A stretch of 64,000 nucleotides of DNA from Patescibacteria group bacterium (GTDB lineage Bacteria > Patescibacteriota > Minisyncoccia > Phycocordibacterales > WO2-35-19): contig JBBTSI010000001.1 of the NCBI GenBank assembly GCA_038064735.1, positions 22,012 through 86,011 of the forward strand, written 5' to 3'. Position 1 is the stretch's first letter. The number at the start of each line of letters is the position of its first letter. Below the pieces are notes generated by a model. The model did not search any database. It was not told the DNA's origin and saw only the letters and a program-made list of their open reading frames with translations. The position numbers and the translations under genes are program-made. Below are positions 26,111-34,583 of this stretch, one piece after another.

Positions 26111-27202
26111 ATGAAAACAAAAAATAAAATATTAATTATTTCGTTCCCAATATTCATTAGTTTTTTCTTATTTGCTAATACTTCTAAAGCAGTAGTACTT
26201 TTTGAAGACAGTTTTGATTCGCAAGCAGATTGGACTTCGGCTCAATCTACAAGTGTTTCTGTTTCTGATTACAACGGTGGATTTTTTGGAAACTGGACTG
26301 GGTTTAATAATGCTTTAACACAATGTGGCGCCGGAATAACAGGCAGGCCAGGATATAATAACTTTTATGTTAGTAGCATAGCGGGCTATCCAATAGGGGC
26401 AGAAACATGCAATGGGGGTAGTGGAAAATGTTGGACTAAATGGCAGGAGGCTTGCTTAGCACCTGCTGGTAATTTTGATGATGCTGATGCAAATTTGGGA
26501 TATGATTTGGGTCAAGAATATTCAGATATTTATTTGCGCTTCTATATTAAATTTCCCACATCATTTTCCATTATAGATGGTCAGGCTTTCAAGCTTTATC
26601 ATGTGCAACATTATAATGGCGGATTTACCAATCCCTGGAACTACTTTGGTCGGGATACAAACAATCAACCTGTTGTTTCTGGAGGAATAAGACGAGATGC
26701 GGATGTAGGCCGTATTGATTTTTATACAGAAGCCAGAGGGTATTCAAATTATTATACTCACGGTTTTATGTTTTGGCCTATTTCAACTTATGAAATAGCA
26801 AAAGCTGGGGGCGGGATTTTTGATGGCGCTTGGCATTCTATAGAAATCAGGGTTAAAGCTAATAGTGTTATAAATACAGCCGATGGTTTAATTGAAGTGT
26901 GGGTAGATGGTAGTAAACTTTCACATTGGCAAGATTATCCAGCAGAAGATATCAACTTTACAAACTCTGATAATGATCTTCGGGGATTCAGATTTCTCTC
27001 GGTGGGGGGCAATAATATGTCATGGACCACTGCCTGCTCGGATGGCAGTGGAAATATGGCTGAATGTGAACAGTGGTATGCTATCGACGATGTGGTCTTT
27101 TCCACTACTTATGTTGAACATAGTTATGTAATAGGTGGTGGCACCCCTCCTCCCGCTGACACCACCCCACCTTCTGCTCCCACTGGGGTTGAGGTACAAT
27201 AG
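26111..27202 (+). CDS. Secreted jelly-roll protein, paralog P5, tail ...IGGGTPPPADTTPPSAPTGVEVQ
   Basis: The 5' end (MKTKNKILI...NTSKAVVLFEDSFDSQADWT) is nucleotide-identical to P3 over about 130 bp. Motifs CNGGSGKCWTKW, IYLRFYIKF, GAWHSIEIRVKANS, EQWYAIDDVVFSTTYVEHSYVIGGG. Confidence 0.5.
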   Translation: MKTKNKILIISFPIFISFFLFANTSKAVVLFEDSFDSQADWTSAQSTSVSVSDYNGGFFGNWTGFNNALTQCGAGITGRPGYNNFYVSSIAGYPIGAETCNGGSGKCWTKWQEACLAPAGNFDDADANLGYDLGQEYSDIYLRFYIKFPTSFSIIDGQAFKLYHVQHYNGGFTNPWNYFGRDTNNQPVVSGGIRRDADVGRIDFYTEARGYSNYYTHGFMFWPISTYEIAKAGGGIFDGAWHSIEIRVKANSVINTADGLIEVWVDGSKLSHWQDYPAEDINFTNSDNDLRGFRFLSVGGNNMSWTTACSDGSGNMAECEQWYAIDDVVFSTTYVEHSYVIGGGTPPPADTTPPSAPTGVEVQ

Positions 27203-28627
27203 TTAGTTAAAATTTTTCTTGATCAAACTTTCTCCATTTTTGTCTTCCAAAATGTAACCTTCGCGTTCGATTTCTTTTCTTAGTTCATCGCTTTTTTGGA
27301 AGTTTTTGGAAGCGCGGGCTTCATCGCGTTCTTTTTTCATTTCTAAAACATGATCAGGGATTTCCCCTAGATCAGATCTCGGGGAATTTTCGGAGATCTG
27401 ATCTAGGGATAGGCCGAGGACCTTATCGAAATCCAAAATAAGCTCTAATTTGGTTTTGGCATTCATTTCTTTATCTTTAACGATTTGCCAGACTAGGCCA
27501 ATGGATTTGGCGATGCCTAGGTCATCGGCAATGCATTCTGAAAACTTAGTTTTGTATTCGTCAAAAATTTCTTGCTCCAAAGTGTCAAAGACCGTCTTCG
27601 ACACTTCTGCTTTTAGATTAGTTGTGATCTGTTTTAGTTTGAAATAAGCAGTTTGGGCACCGGTCAAACTCTCCCAAGTGAAATTAAGACCGGTTTTGTA
27701 ATGAGTGGTCAAGATAAGGTATCGCAAAGACAGTGGATCAAAACCTTTTTCGATAAGGTCAGTTACTAAAATAGAATTGCCGAGAGATTTGCTAATTTTT
27801 TGACCGTCGAGCATAAGCCACTCATTGTGAAGCCAGAAGTTGGCAGTATGGTGACCGAAAGCGCCAAAGCCCTGAGCGACTTCGTTGGTATGGTGGACAG
27901 GGATGTGTTCTTTGCCACCGGTATGAATATCAAAAATCTCGCCTAAATATTTGGTAGACATGGCGGTGCATTCTATATGCCAGCCAGGGAAGCCGACACC
28001 CCAAGGCGACTGCCATTTCATAATATGATTGGGTTGGTTGACTATCCAAAGCAAAAAGTCCCACGGTTTTTTCTTTTCTTCATCTACTGTTACGCGACTG
28101 CCGGCATCTTGATTTTCTAAATTGAGATGGGCAAAATCAGCATAACCTGGGAATTTCTCGGTATCAAAAACCAGACCGGTTTTAGTTTTGTAAGCGAAGC
28201 CGTTTGCTTCAATCTTTTTTATCAAATCAATTTGCTCAGGGATGTGTTCGGTAGCTCGACAAAGTATATCGGGAGTACTCACGTTCAAAAATTTCAAACT
28301 CTCTTTAAACTGAGCGATATATTTGTCGGCGATATCCCAGACACTGACACCTTCTCTTTGGGCGCCTTTTTCCATTTTGTCTTCACCTTCGTCTTCATCT
28401 GAAGTAAGATGGCCGACATCGGTGAGGTTCATCACCCACTTGGTTTCAAAGTCCAAATATTTGAATGAGCGCACCAATGCATCCCATTCTACATAGGCGT
28501 ACATATGTCCAATATGTTGGTTCCAATAGACGGTTGGCCCGCAAGAATAAATACCAACTTTATTTTCGTGGATAGGTTTGAAAACTTCTTTTTTGCCAGT
28601 CAGTGTGTTGTGCAGTCTTATTTCCAT
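27203..28627 (-). CDS. cysS: Cysteinyl-tRNA synthetase
   Basis: [20 protein letters not shown] (HIGH region), KISKSLGN (KMSKS). Start chosen at [16 protein letters not shown]. About 475 aa. Confidence 0.85.
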   Translation of the reverse strand: MEIRLHNTLTGKKEVFKPIHENKVGIYSCGPTVYWNQHIGHMYAYVEWDALVRSFKYLDFETKWVMNLTDVGHLTSDEDEGEDKMEKGAQREGVSVWDIADKYIAQFKESLKFLNVSTPDILCRATEHIPEQIDLIKKIEANGFAYKTKTGLVFDTEKFPGYADFAHLNLENQDAGSRVTVDEEKKKPWDFLLWIVNQPNHIMKWQSPWGVGFPGWHIECTAMSTKYLGEIFDIHTGGKEHIPVHHTNEVAQGFGAFGHHTANFWLHNEWLMLDGQKISKSLGNSILVTDLIEKGFDPLSLRYLILTTHYKTGLNFTWESLTGAQTAYFKLKQITTNLKAEVSKTVFDTLEQEIFDEYKTKFSECIADDLGIAKSIGLVWQIVKDKEMNAKTKLELILDFDKVLGLSLDQISENSPRSDLGEIPDHVLEMKKERDEARASKNFQKSDELRKEIEREGYILEDKNGESLIKKNFN

Positions 28628-28634
28628 AATTAGA

Positions 28635-29537
28635 TTACATCCATTTTTTAAATTTACTGTAAGCGTATGTCGTAAGTATAACAATGGCCATTATACCTAA
28701 AATAATCCAAAAAGCATTAGGTTCATTTTTGAGAGGGAAATTAGAAATACTCATACCGAAAAGTTGGCTAACGATGGTCAGAGGCAATAAGATAGAGCCA
28801 ATGACGGTCAATTGCTTCATAATCTCGTTTTGTTTGGTGCTGAGCATGGAGTTGTTGGTTTCTCTCAGTTCTATCATCAGTTCTATTTGGTTGTTGACAA
28901 CTCTCATGATGCGACGCCAATTATCTTGCAGAGTTTTGGTTTGTTCGCCAAATTCTGGACCGAATTTTTCGGTACCTGACTCTCTGAGGAATTCAAAAAC
29001 ATGACCATGAGGTTCGATTATTTTTTTGAGATTTAAAAGATTGCGACCGACATTGGAAATAGTGAAGACCATAGTTTTTTCTCGGCCTTCAAAAATATTT
29101 TTTTCTATTTCTTCCATCCAGTCTTCGGTGTAAGAAAGTTCATTTGTCAGGGATTTATAAATTTCTTGCATAATCCCAAAAAAGAGGTGGGTTTTTTTGC
29201 CTTTGTTGAGTATCTCGCTGACCTCTACTTGTTTGGCAAAAAAGTGTAAGGCGTCAATCGAGTCATAGCGTGCAGTGATAAGACTGTCTTTAGATATGAT
29301 GAAATCGATTTCTTGGACGAAACTTTCGGCACTAGAATGTTTGAAACATGGTATATGCAAAACGGCATAAATATTTTTGCCGGCATCGGATGAATATTGA
29401 GTCGGTGTTGGCAGGAGCAAATCTTGGGTGATGTTTGGATCAATCCCGTATGTCAACATTAAAGAATCAACCTCTTCTCTGGTGGGAGAATTTAAGTCAA
29501 TCCAAATTTGATCCATGAATGCACGAGTTGTGATCAT
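28635..29537 (-). CDS. CorA-like divalent cation transporter (GMS variant of the GMN motif)
   Basis: Cytoplasmic domain plus two C-terminal TM helices, with LFGMSISNFP where CorA normally has YGMNF. Confidence 0.6.
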   Translation of the reverse strand: MITTRAFMDQIWIDLNSPTREEVDSLMLTYGIDPNITQDLLLPTPTQYSSDAGKNIYAVLHIPCFKHSSAESFVQEIDFIISKDSLITARYDSIDALHFFAKQVEVSEILNKGKKTHLFFGIMQEIYKSLTNELSYTEDWMEEIEKNIFEGREKTMVFTISNVGRNLLNLKKIIEPHGHVFEFLRESGTEKFGPEFGEQTKTLQDNWRRIMRVVNNQIELMIELRETNNSMLSTKQNEIMKQLTVIGSILLPLTIVSQLFGMSISNFPLKNEPNAFWIILGIMAIVILTTYAYSKFKKWM

Positions 29538-29556
29538 ATGATATATTATATAAAAA

Positions 29557-30768
29557 ATGACAAAAGAAAGATATACACAAATTATAATATCACTTATTGT
29601 TGCAGGTTTATTGTTTGCAACTGGTTTTTATTTTGGTGAAAGTCACTCAACAAATGCATTGCCTGTCGGGGTTTTGAATGCGACCACTACCGGGGATATA
29701 GACTTGGGGCCATTTTGGGAAGCTTGGAAATTACTTGATGAAAAATTTGCTCCGGCTTCTACTACTTTGTCGGCAATCACTAATCAGCAAAAAATTTATG
29801 GAGCCATCGGAGGATTGACCAATACTTTTGGTGATCCTTACACTGTGTTTTTCCCGCCGGTAGAATCCAAATCTTTTAATGAAGAAATAAGTGGCGCTTT
29901 TGGTGGTGTCGGTATGGAAGTGGGTATCAAAGACGGTGTTTTGACAGTGGTCTCTCCGCTCAAAGGTACTCCGGCCGATAATGCAGGAGTCAAACCGGGA
30001 GACAAAATAATTTCTATTGGAGATAAATCCACTTTAAATATGTCTACTGATCAAGCGGTCAAACTCATAAGAGGGGACATAGGGACTCCGATAGTTATTA
30101 CTTTTGTGAGGGAAGGAGTGAAAGAACCGCTAGTCAAAACTTTGATCAGAGCCAATATAGACATACCAACAATAAATACCAAAATTTTGCCTGGAGACGT
30201 TTTTGTGATAGAACTTTATACTTTCACCGCTACTTCTCCAAACCTGTTTCGTGGGGCTTTGCGCGAATTTGTGAAGTCCGGTTCAGACAAACTAGTACTT
30301 GATTTGCGCAACAATCCGGGCGGTTATTTGGAAGCGGCATTGGATATGGCTAGTTGGTTTTTGCCGACCGGCAAGACAGTGGTGACTGAAAACTTTGGTG
30401 AGAAAATGGCACCGACTGTTTATAAAAGTAAAGGTTACGATATTTTTACTAATGATTTGAAGTTTGTGATTTTGATAAACGAGGGTTCCGCTTCAGCTTC
30501 GGAAATATTGGCTGGCGCTCTCAGTGAATACAAAAAAGCTGTTCTCGTCGGCACCAGATCTTTCGGGAAAGGTTCAGTCCAAGAGTTGGTGCCACTAACT
30601 TCAGATACTTCGCTCAAAATCACTGTGGCCCACTGGTTCACTCCGCTTGGCAAATCTATTTCAAATGGCGGACTTACTCCAGATATTGAAGTTAAACTTA
30701 CTCCGGAAAATACCAAAGGTGGCAAAGACCCGCAAATGGATGCGGCAGTGAAATATTTGTTGAAATAA
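29557..30768 (+). CDS. S41 family C-terminal processing peptidase with PDZ domain
   Basis: GGVGMEVGIKDGVLTVVSPLKGTPADNAGVKPGDKIISIG (PDZ), LDLRNNPGGYL, ILINEGSASASEILAGAL (catalytic Ser region), GKGSVQ. Confidence 0.8.
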   Translation: MTKERYTQIIISLIVAGLLFATGFYFGESHSTNALPVGVLNATTTGDIDLGPFWEAWKLLDEKFAPASTTLSAITNQQKIYGAIGGLTNTFGDPYTVFFPPVESKSFNEEISGAFGGVGMEVGIKDGVLTVVSPLKGTPADNAGVKPGDKIISIGDKSTLNMSTDQAVKLIRGDIGTPIVITFVREGVKEPLVKTLIRANIDIPTINTKILPGDVFVIELYTFTATSPNLFRGALREFVKSGSDKLVLDLRNNPGGYLEAALDMASWFLPTGKTVVTENFGEKMAPTVYKSKGYDIFTNDLKFVILINEGSASASEILAGALSEYKKAVLVGTRSFGKGSVQELVPLTSDTSLKITVAHWFTPLGKSISNGGLTPDIEVKLTPENTKGGKDPQMDAAVKYLLK

Positions 30769-30775
30769 AAAACAA

Positions 30776-30870
30776 AAATTGCCCAGAAAAGCTTCTCTCC
30801 CAAAAGTCCTCGGGTCTCCTTGTTGCACAGGCCAGACTTTTGTCGAGAACTTTTCTGGGCAATTTTTCTG
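30776..30870 (+). terminator. Nested-stem terminator-like structure between the S41 peptidase and rplI
   Basis: Outer ~15-bp stem attgcccagaaaag...cttttctgggcaat encloses an inner 8-bp stem caaaagtc...gacttttg, then tttttct. Confidence 0.4.
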
Positions 30871-30885
30871 TGCTATATTAGCAAT

Positions 30886-31329
30886 ATGAAAGTCATATTA
30901 AAAAAAGATATAAAAGGAGTGGGGAAGAAATATGAAGTGAAAAATGTGGCTGACGGTTATGCTGTCAATTTCCTTATACCTAACAAGTTGGCTGAATACG
31001 CTTCTCCGGAAGCAGTCAAAGCAGCCGAGCTTTTAAAAGCGACTATGACAGCAGAGATAGAAATAAGAGAGGAACTCACCAAAAAACAGATTGAAATGCT
31101 GAAAGAAGTGAAGATTGTATTGAATAAAAAAAGCAACGAAAAAGGCCATTTGTTTGAAAAAATTCACTCAGAAGAAATATCAGAAGCTCTGAAAGAACAA
31201 GCCAAAATTGAAATAACTCCAGACTTTTTGGTTATTGAAAAACCCATCAAAGAAATAGGGGAGCATATTGTCATTGCCCAAGTCGGCAAAAATAAAGCTG
31301 AGTTTAAAGTGGTGGTTGAAGCTTTCTAA
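30886..31329 (+). CDS. rplI: 50S ribosomal protein L9
   Basis: [36 protein letters not shown] is the canonical L9 N-domain. 148 aa after moving the start to the internal Met. Confidence 0.85.
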   Translation: MKVILKKDIKGVGKKYEVKNVADGYAVNFLIPNKLAEYASPEAVKAAELLKATMTAEIEIREELTKKQIEMLKEVKIVLNKKSNEKGHLFEKIHSEEISEALKEQAKIEITPDFLVIEKPIKEIGEHIVIAQVGKNKAEFKVVVEAF

Positions 31330-31367
31330 CTAGTTTAAAAATTCTTTCTCGTCATAAGTTTAAAAAT

Positions 31368-31426
31368 GCACGGATATTTTCTTGCTAGAAAATTCCTCGT
31401 GCTCGCTTCAGTCAAGCTCGCAAGGC
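31368..31426. repeat. 59-nt intergenic repeat element, copy 1 (second copy at 43696..43754)
   Basis: gcacggatattttcttgctagaaaattcctcgtgctcgcttcagtcaagctcgcaaggca, near-identical to the copy between mraY and ftsW. Confidence 0.6.
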
Positions 31427-31455
31427 ATTTTAAAACTTACGACCACGACGAATTT

Positions 31456-31728
31456 TTAAACTACACTAGCGACTTTTTTGGTGACGGTAGTGCCGTCGAA
31501 GTGAACTTTTCTTTTGGAAGACATTTTGACTTTGCCATCTTTGAGAGCGAAAAGGGTATAATCTCGGCCTTGTCCGACACCGTTACCTGGGATTACTTTT
31601 GAGCCTCTTTGGCGCACGATAATAGAGCCCACTTGGCAGGTGCTTCCATCTGAGAGCTTAATACCCAAGTATTTTGGATTTGAATCTCTTCCGTTTTTAG
31701 TTGTTCCGGCGGCTTTTTTATGGGCCAT
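31456..31728 (-). CDS. rpmA: 50S ribosomal protein L27
   Basis: [24 protein letters not shown]...GSIIVRQRG is the canonical L27 sequence. 90 aa. Confidence 0.9.
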   Translation of the reverse strand: MAHKKAAGTTKNGRDSNPKYLGIKLSDGSTCQVGSIIVRQRGSKVIPGNGVGQGRDYTLFALKDGKVKMSSKRKVHFDGTTVTKKVASVV

Positions 31729-31811
31729 TTAAGTAAATTAAAAACTGCTATAATTAATTGCAGGTATCTAGAGTATAAGACAAAGCTTTAAAAAATGCAA
31801 GGTTTAAATTT

Positions 31812-32258
31812 ATGGAAGAAGAATACATAAAATCAGAGGATTTTGGGGATTTAAAAGGGGAGAGTTGGAAGGCCAAGTTTGAGGCTTTTTTGAATAGTCG
31901 TTATTTTGTTGCGGTAGCACTGGTTTTGATTGCTATAATAGCTTTTTCTTTAGGTAGGATTTCGGGATTGCAAGATAAAAGGGAGCCGGTGAGAGTGATT
32001 TCTGGGGGTGGGGAAGTAAAGGGGGTTTCTGATATCGCCCCCCAGCCCCCCTCTTATGTTAAGAGGGGGGAAGAACAAGCAATCTCTCCAGTAAATTCAG
32101 GCAGTGTTGTAGCTTCAAAAAGTGGTACCAAATACCACTACCCATGGTGTGCTGGAGCCAAGCAAATTTCTCCTAAAAATCTTATTACTTTCAACTCTAT
32201 TGAAGAGGCTAGAGCCAAAGGTTACACTCCAGCCAGCAATTGCAAAGGTCTTAAGTAA
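31812..32258 (+). CDS. Hypothetical membrane-anchored protein with a C-terminal Cys-containing motif
   Basis: Single TM, then ...KYHYPWCAGAKQISPKNLITFNSIEEARAKGYTPASNCKGLK, a YHxxxC...GYxP(A)xxC pattern reminiscent of small extracytoplasmic metal- or DNA-binding domains. Domain identity uncertain. Confidence 0.3.
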   Translation: MEEEYIKSEDFGDLKGESWKAKFEAFLNSRYFVAVALVLIAIIAFSLGRISGLQDKREPVRVISGGGEVKGVSDIAPQPPSYVKRGEEQAISPVNSGSVVASKSGTKYHYPWCAGAKQISPKNLITFNSIEEARAKGYTPASNCKGLK

Positions 32259-32356
32259 TTATCCACAGAGAATATCTCTAGAGGTTTAATGTGGAGTATA
32301 ATAAATACAACTTATATAACTCAAATTATAGAATTTTAATAGTTTAAATTAAAAAA

Positions 32357-32920
32357 ATGCCACCAGAAATAAATACAAATCCACAACCTGTACCTGAATC
32401 AAAACCTCCGGTAATACCTCAAACAACACTCCCAACCAAAAATTTATTCAAAAAACCGGTTTTTCTATTATCTGTAATTCTGATCATTTTGATTGCTGTT
32501 GGTTTTGTAGGTCTTTTAAAATATAAACCTAGTGAATCTAAAAAAGAATTTGATTCAAAAAATCTCTTTGTTCGACAGGCTGAAAATGGGAAAGTTATTG
32601 AAGCTGTTCCACTTGGCTTGATAGTAGATGAAGAAGCACTAATATTAGCTTCATCAGAAAGAGCTTCTAGTCATTCAAGTTACCAAACTTTTGTTACCTC
32701 ATATAAGACTAAACTATCTCAAAAAGATTTAGAAAGTAAATATCAGGATTTTATCAAAAAAAATAATTTTAAAGTTATTAATGTTGCTACTAGTACAAAA
32801 TCTAGTTTTTCAATTTCTGCGATTTCTGAAGAGTCTAGCGAATCATTTTTTGTTAATTTGACTCGGTTGGATGATCAGCAAAATAGTATTGTTATGATTA
32901 TTTTTAATAAAAAGAAATGA
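32357..32920 (+). CDS. Hypothetical membrane-anchored protein
   Basis: Pro-rich N-terminus and a single TM. No recognisable domain. Its stop overlaps the next start (ATGA). Confidence 0.3.
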   Translation: MPPEINTNPQPVPESKPPVIPQTTLPTKNLFKKPVFLLSVILIILIAVGFVGLLKYKPSESKKEFDSKNLFVRQAENGKVIEAVPLGLIVDEEALILASSERASSHSSYQTFVTSYKTKLSQKDLESKYQDFIKKNNFKVINVATSTKSSFSISAISEESSESFFVNLTRLDDQQNSIVMIIFNKKK

Positions 32921-34542
32921 AAAAATCACTATTAATTATATTTTCTCTCATAATTTTGTTCAGTTTTATCTCCAAAGTTGAAGCTTTTCGTGATATTCCT
33001 GCTGTTCCTATACCTTATCCAGTTAGCTTCGAATTGGAAGCGAATTGTACTTCTGGTTTTGAACCTACTTGTTTTGCTCTATTTGATTCACTGAATATAG
33101 CTTTTTCTTCTACCTTCAGTTTATATGAAGACATATTTGGTAAAGAATATGTTTCTTCTAATTCTATACCATTGCCAGTACCTTCTCCGTTTATATACGT
33201 TTACGGTAGTGATATTGTTCCCTCTGGATTTGGATATTACACTGATCAGTATAACGTTTTTATGTCATTTGATGCTGCTGAAAATGATTATGGCAATACT
33301 ACTCCTATGACAATATATTCACCAAAGACTACCTCTCAAGATATAGGAAATCTGAATTGTTGGAATGAATGCACCGGATTTCCTTCAAATAGTAAATATT
33401 GCGGTTCACCAAGTACTTGGCAAGTTTATTCAAGGACAGTTTCGTCTCCTCCTTCTCGACAAATATCCTGTAGTTATTTAAATGGTGGTGTTGGTTATGG
33501 GTTCCTTGATACTGTTACTAGTAATGTTCTTGTTACTCTTTGTGAATTCGGTGTCCCTCTTGGCAATCAACGTTGCCCTGATTTTCCAAGTATAACTGCT
33601 CCAGTTTCGGTAACCACAGGCACTGCTGCTAATATTTCTTGGGCTGTTCAAAATACTAGATTGCCAGGTGATTTATCAGACTTTATCTCTAGTTGCAAAG
33701 TAACTTCTTCACCGAATGTTGGAGAATGGACAGCTCTTTCTGGTAGCGCTGCTCCAGTTTTAAATGCTGATACAACCTTTACTCTAACTTGTACTAACAA
33801 GTTCGGGAGAGATTTTCTTCCTAAACCTACTAGGACGGTGACGGTGACAGCACCTGTTGCAATAAATGGTTCTTGTGGTGCCACCGAAAATCTTTGTACT
33901 GCTGGCACTCCTAATGATATAGCTGATAATGCTACACATTATTTATGGCAGTGTTTGGGTGAAAACGGTGGTATTGGTGCCAGTTGTAGTTTGGTTAAAC
34001 CTGTTCCTCCTCCTATTACTTATGATCTTAGGGTCACTTCTTCAGTATCTAGCAATGTCCCTATGGTGGTCGTGCCTGGCAATGACGGTTCTACTACATT
34101 TACTAATACTTATAACAACAATACCCCTGTTGTTGTAACTGCTCCCGCTACAGCTTCGGGTAACAACTTTTCTAATTGGAACGGTTGCATTTCTTCTTTT
34201 GGGACAACTTGCAACGTAACTATGGATTCTAACAAAACCATTACGGCTGTTTATACTCCTCCAAATGTCAGTGTTTCAGTGGTTGTGAAGACGGCATACG
34301 GAGTAGTCAAAAGTGATATTGGTGGTATAGATTGCGGGACCACTTGTAGTGCTTCGTATCCTCCCGGCACTGTTATCACACTTACCGAATATCCTAATCC
34401 AAAAAGAATATTTAAAGAATGGAGTGGAGTCACATGTAGTGGCTTAGGGGAGACCCAAAGAACTCCAAAATGCACATTTACAGTCAATGGCCAAACTGTC
34501 TATGCTGACTTTACCATAGACCCAAGTTATGTAGAGTTTTAA
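32917..34542 (+). CDS. Large secreted Cys-rich protein, paralog A, with C-terminal InlB-B-repeat-like (GxDCGxxCxxxYxxGTxVxLT...W.G..C) domain
   Basis: Signal peptide MKKSLLIIFSLIILFSFISKVEAF. Central CEFGVPLGNQRCPDFPSITAPVSVTTGTAANISW. C-terminal SDIGGIDCGTTCSASYPPGTVITLTEYPNPKRIFKEWSGVTC...VYADF. Confidence 0.5.
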   Translation: MKKSLLIIFSLIILFSFISKVEAFRDIPAVPIPYPVSFELEANCTSGFEPTCFALFDSLNIAFSSTFSLYEDIFGKEYVSSNSIPLPVPSPFIYVYGSDIVPSGFGYYTDQYNVFMSFDAAENDYGNTTPMTIYSPKTTSQDIGNLNCWNECTGFPSNSKYCGSPSTWQVYSRTVSSPPSRQISCSYLNGGVGYGFLDTVTSNVLVTLCEFGVPLGNQRCPDFPSITAPVSVTTGTAANISWAVQNTRLPGDLSDFISSCKVTSSPNVGEWTALSGSAAPVLNADTTFTLTCTNKFGRDFLPKPTRTVTVTAPVAINGSCGATENLCTAGTPNDIADNATHYLWQCLGENGGIGASCSLVKPVPPPITYDLRVTSSVSSNVPMVVVPGNDGSTTFTNTYNNNTPVVVTAPATASGNNFSNWNGCISSFGTTCNVTMDSNKTITAVYTPPNVSVSVVVKTAYGVVKSDIGGIDCGTTCSASYPPGTVITLTEYPNPKRIFKEWSGVTCSGLGETQRTPKCTFTVNGQTVYADFTIDPSYVEF

Positions 34543-34583
34543 TTATTAATTGGAGTGACTGATCTGATTAAAATCTGGACAAA

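Noticed and set aside
9410-27202. Diversity-generating retroelement targeting the FN3/LamG surface proteins
   Set aside because: No reverse-transcriptase ORF, no template/variable repeat pair with A-specific mismatches detectable. Variation here is between paralogs, not TR/VR.
17436-27202. Integrated mobile element at tRNA-Gly
   Set aside because: No integrase, recombinase, transposase or att-like duplication of the tRNA 3' end found. Gene content is surface proteins only.
31366-31602. 78-aa plus-strand ORF starting inside the 59-nt repeat
   Set aside because: Almost entirely antisense to rpmA (L27), which is unambiguous. No independent support.
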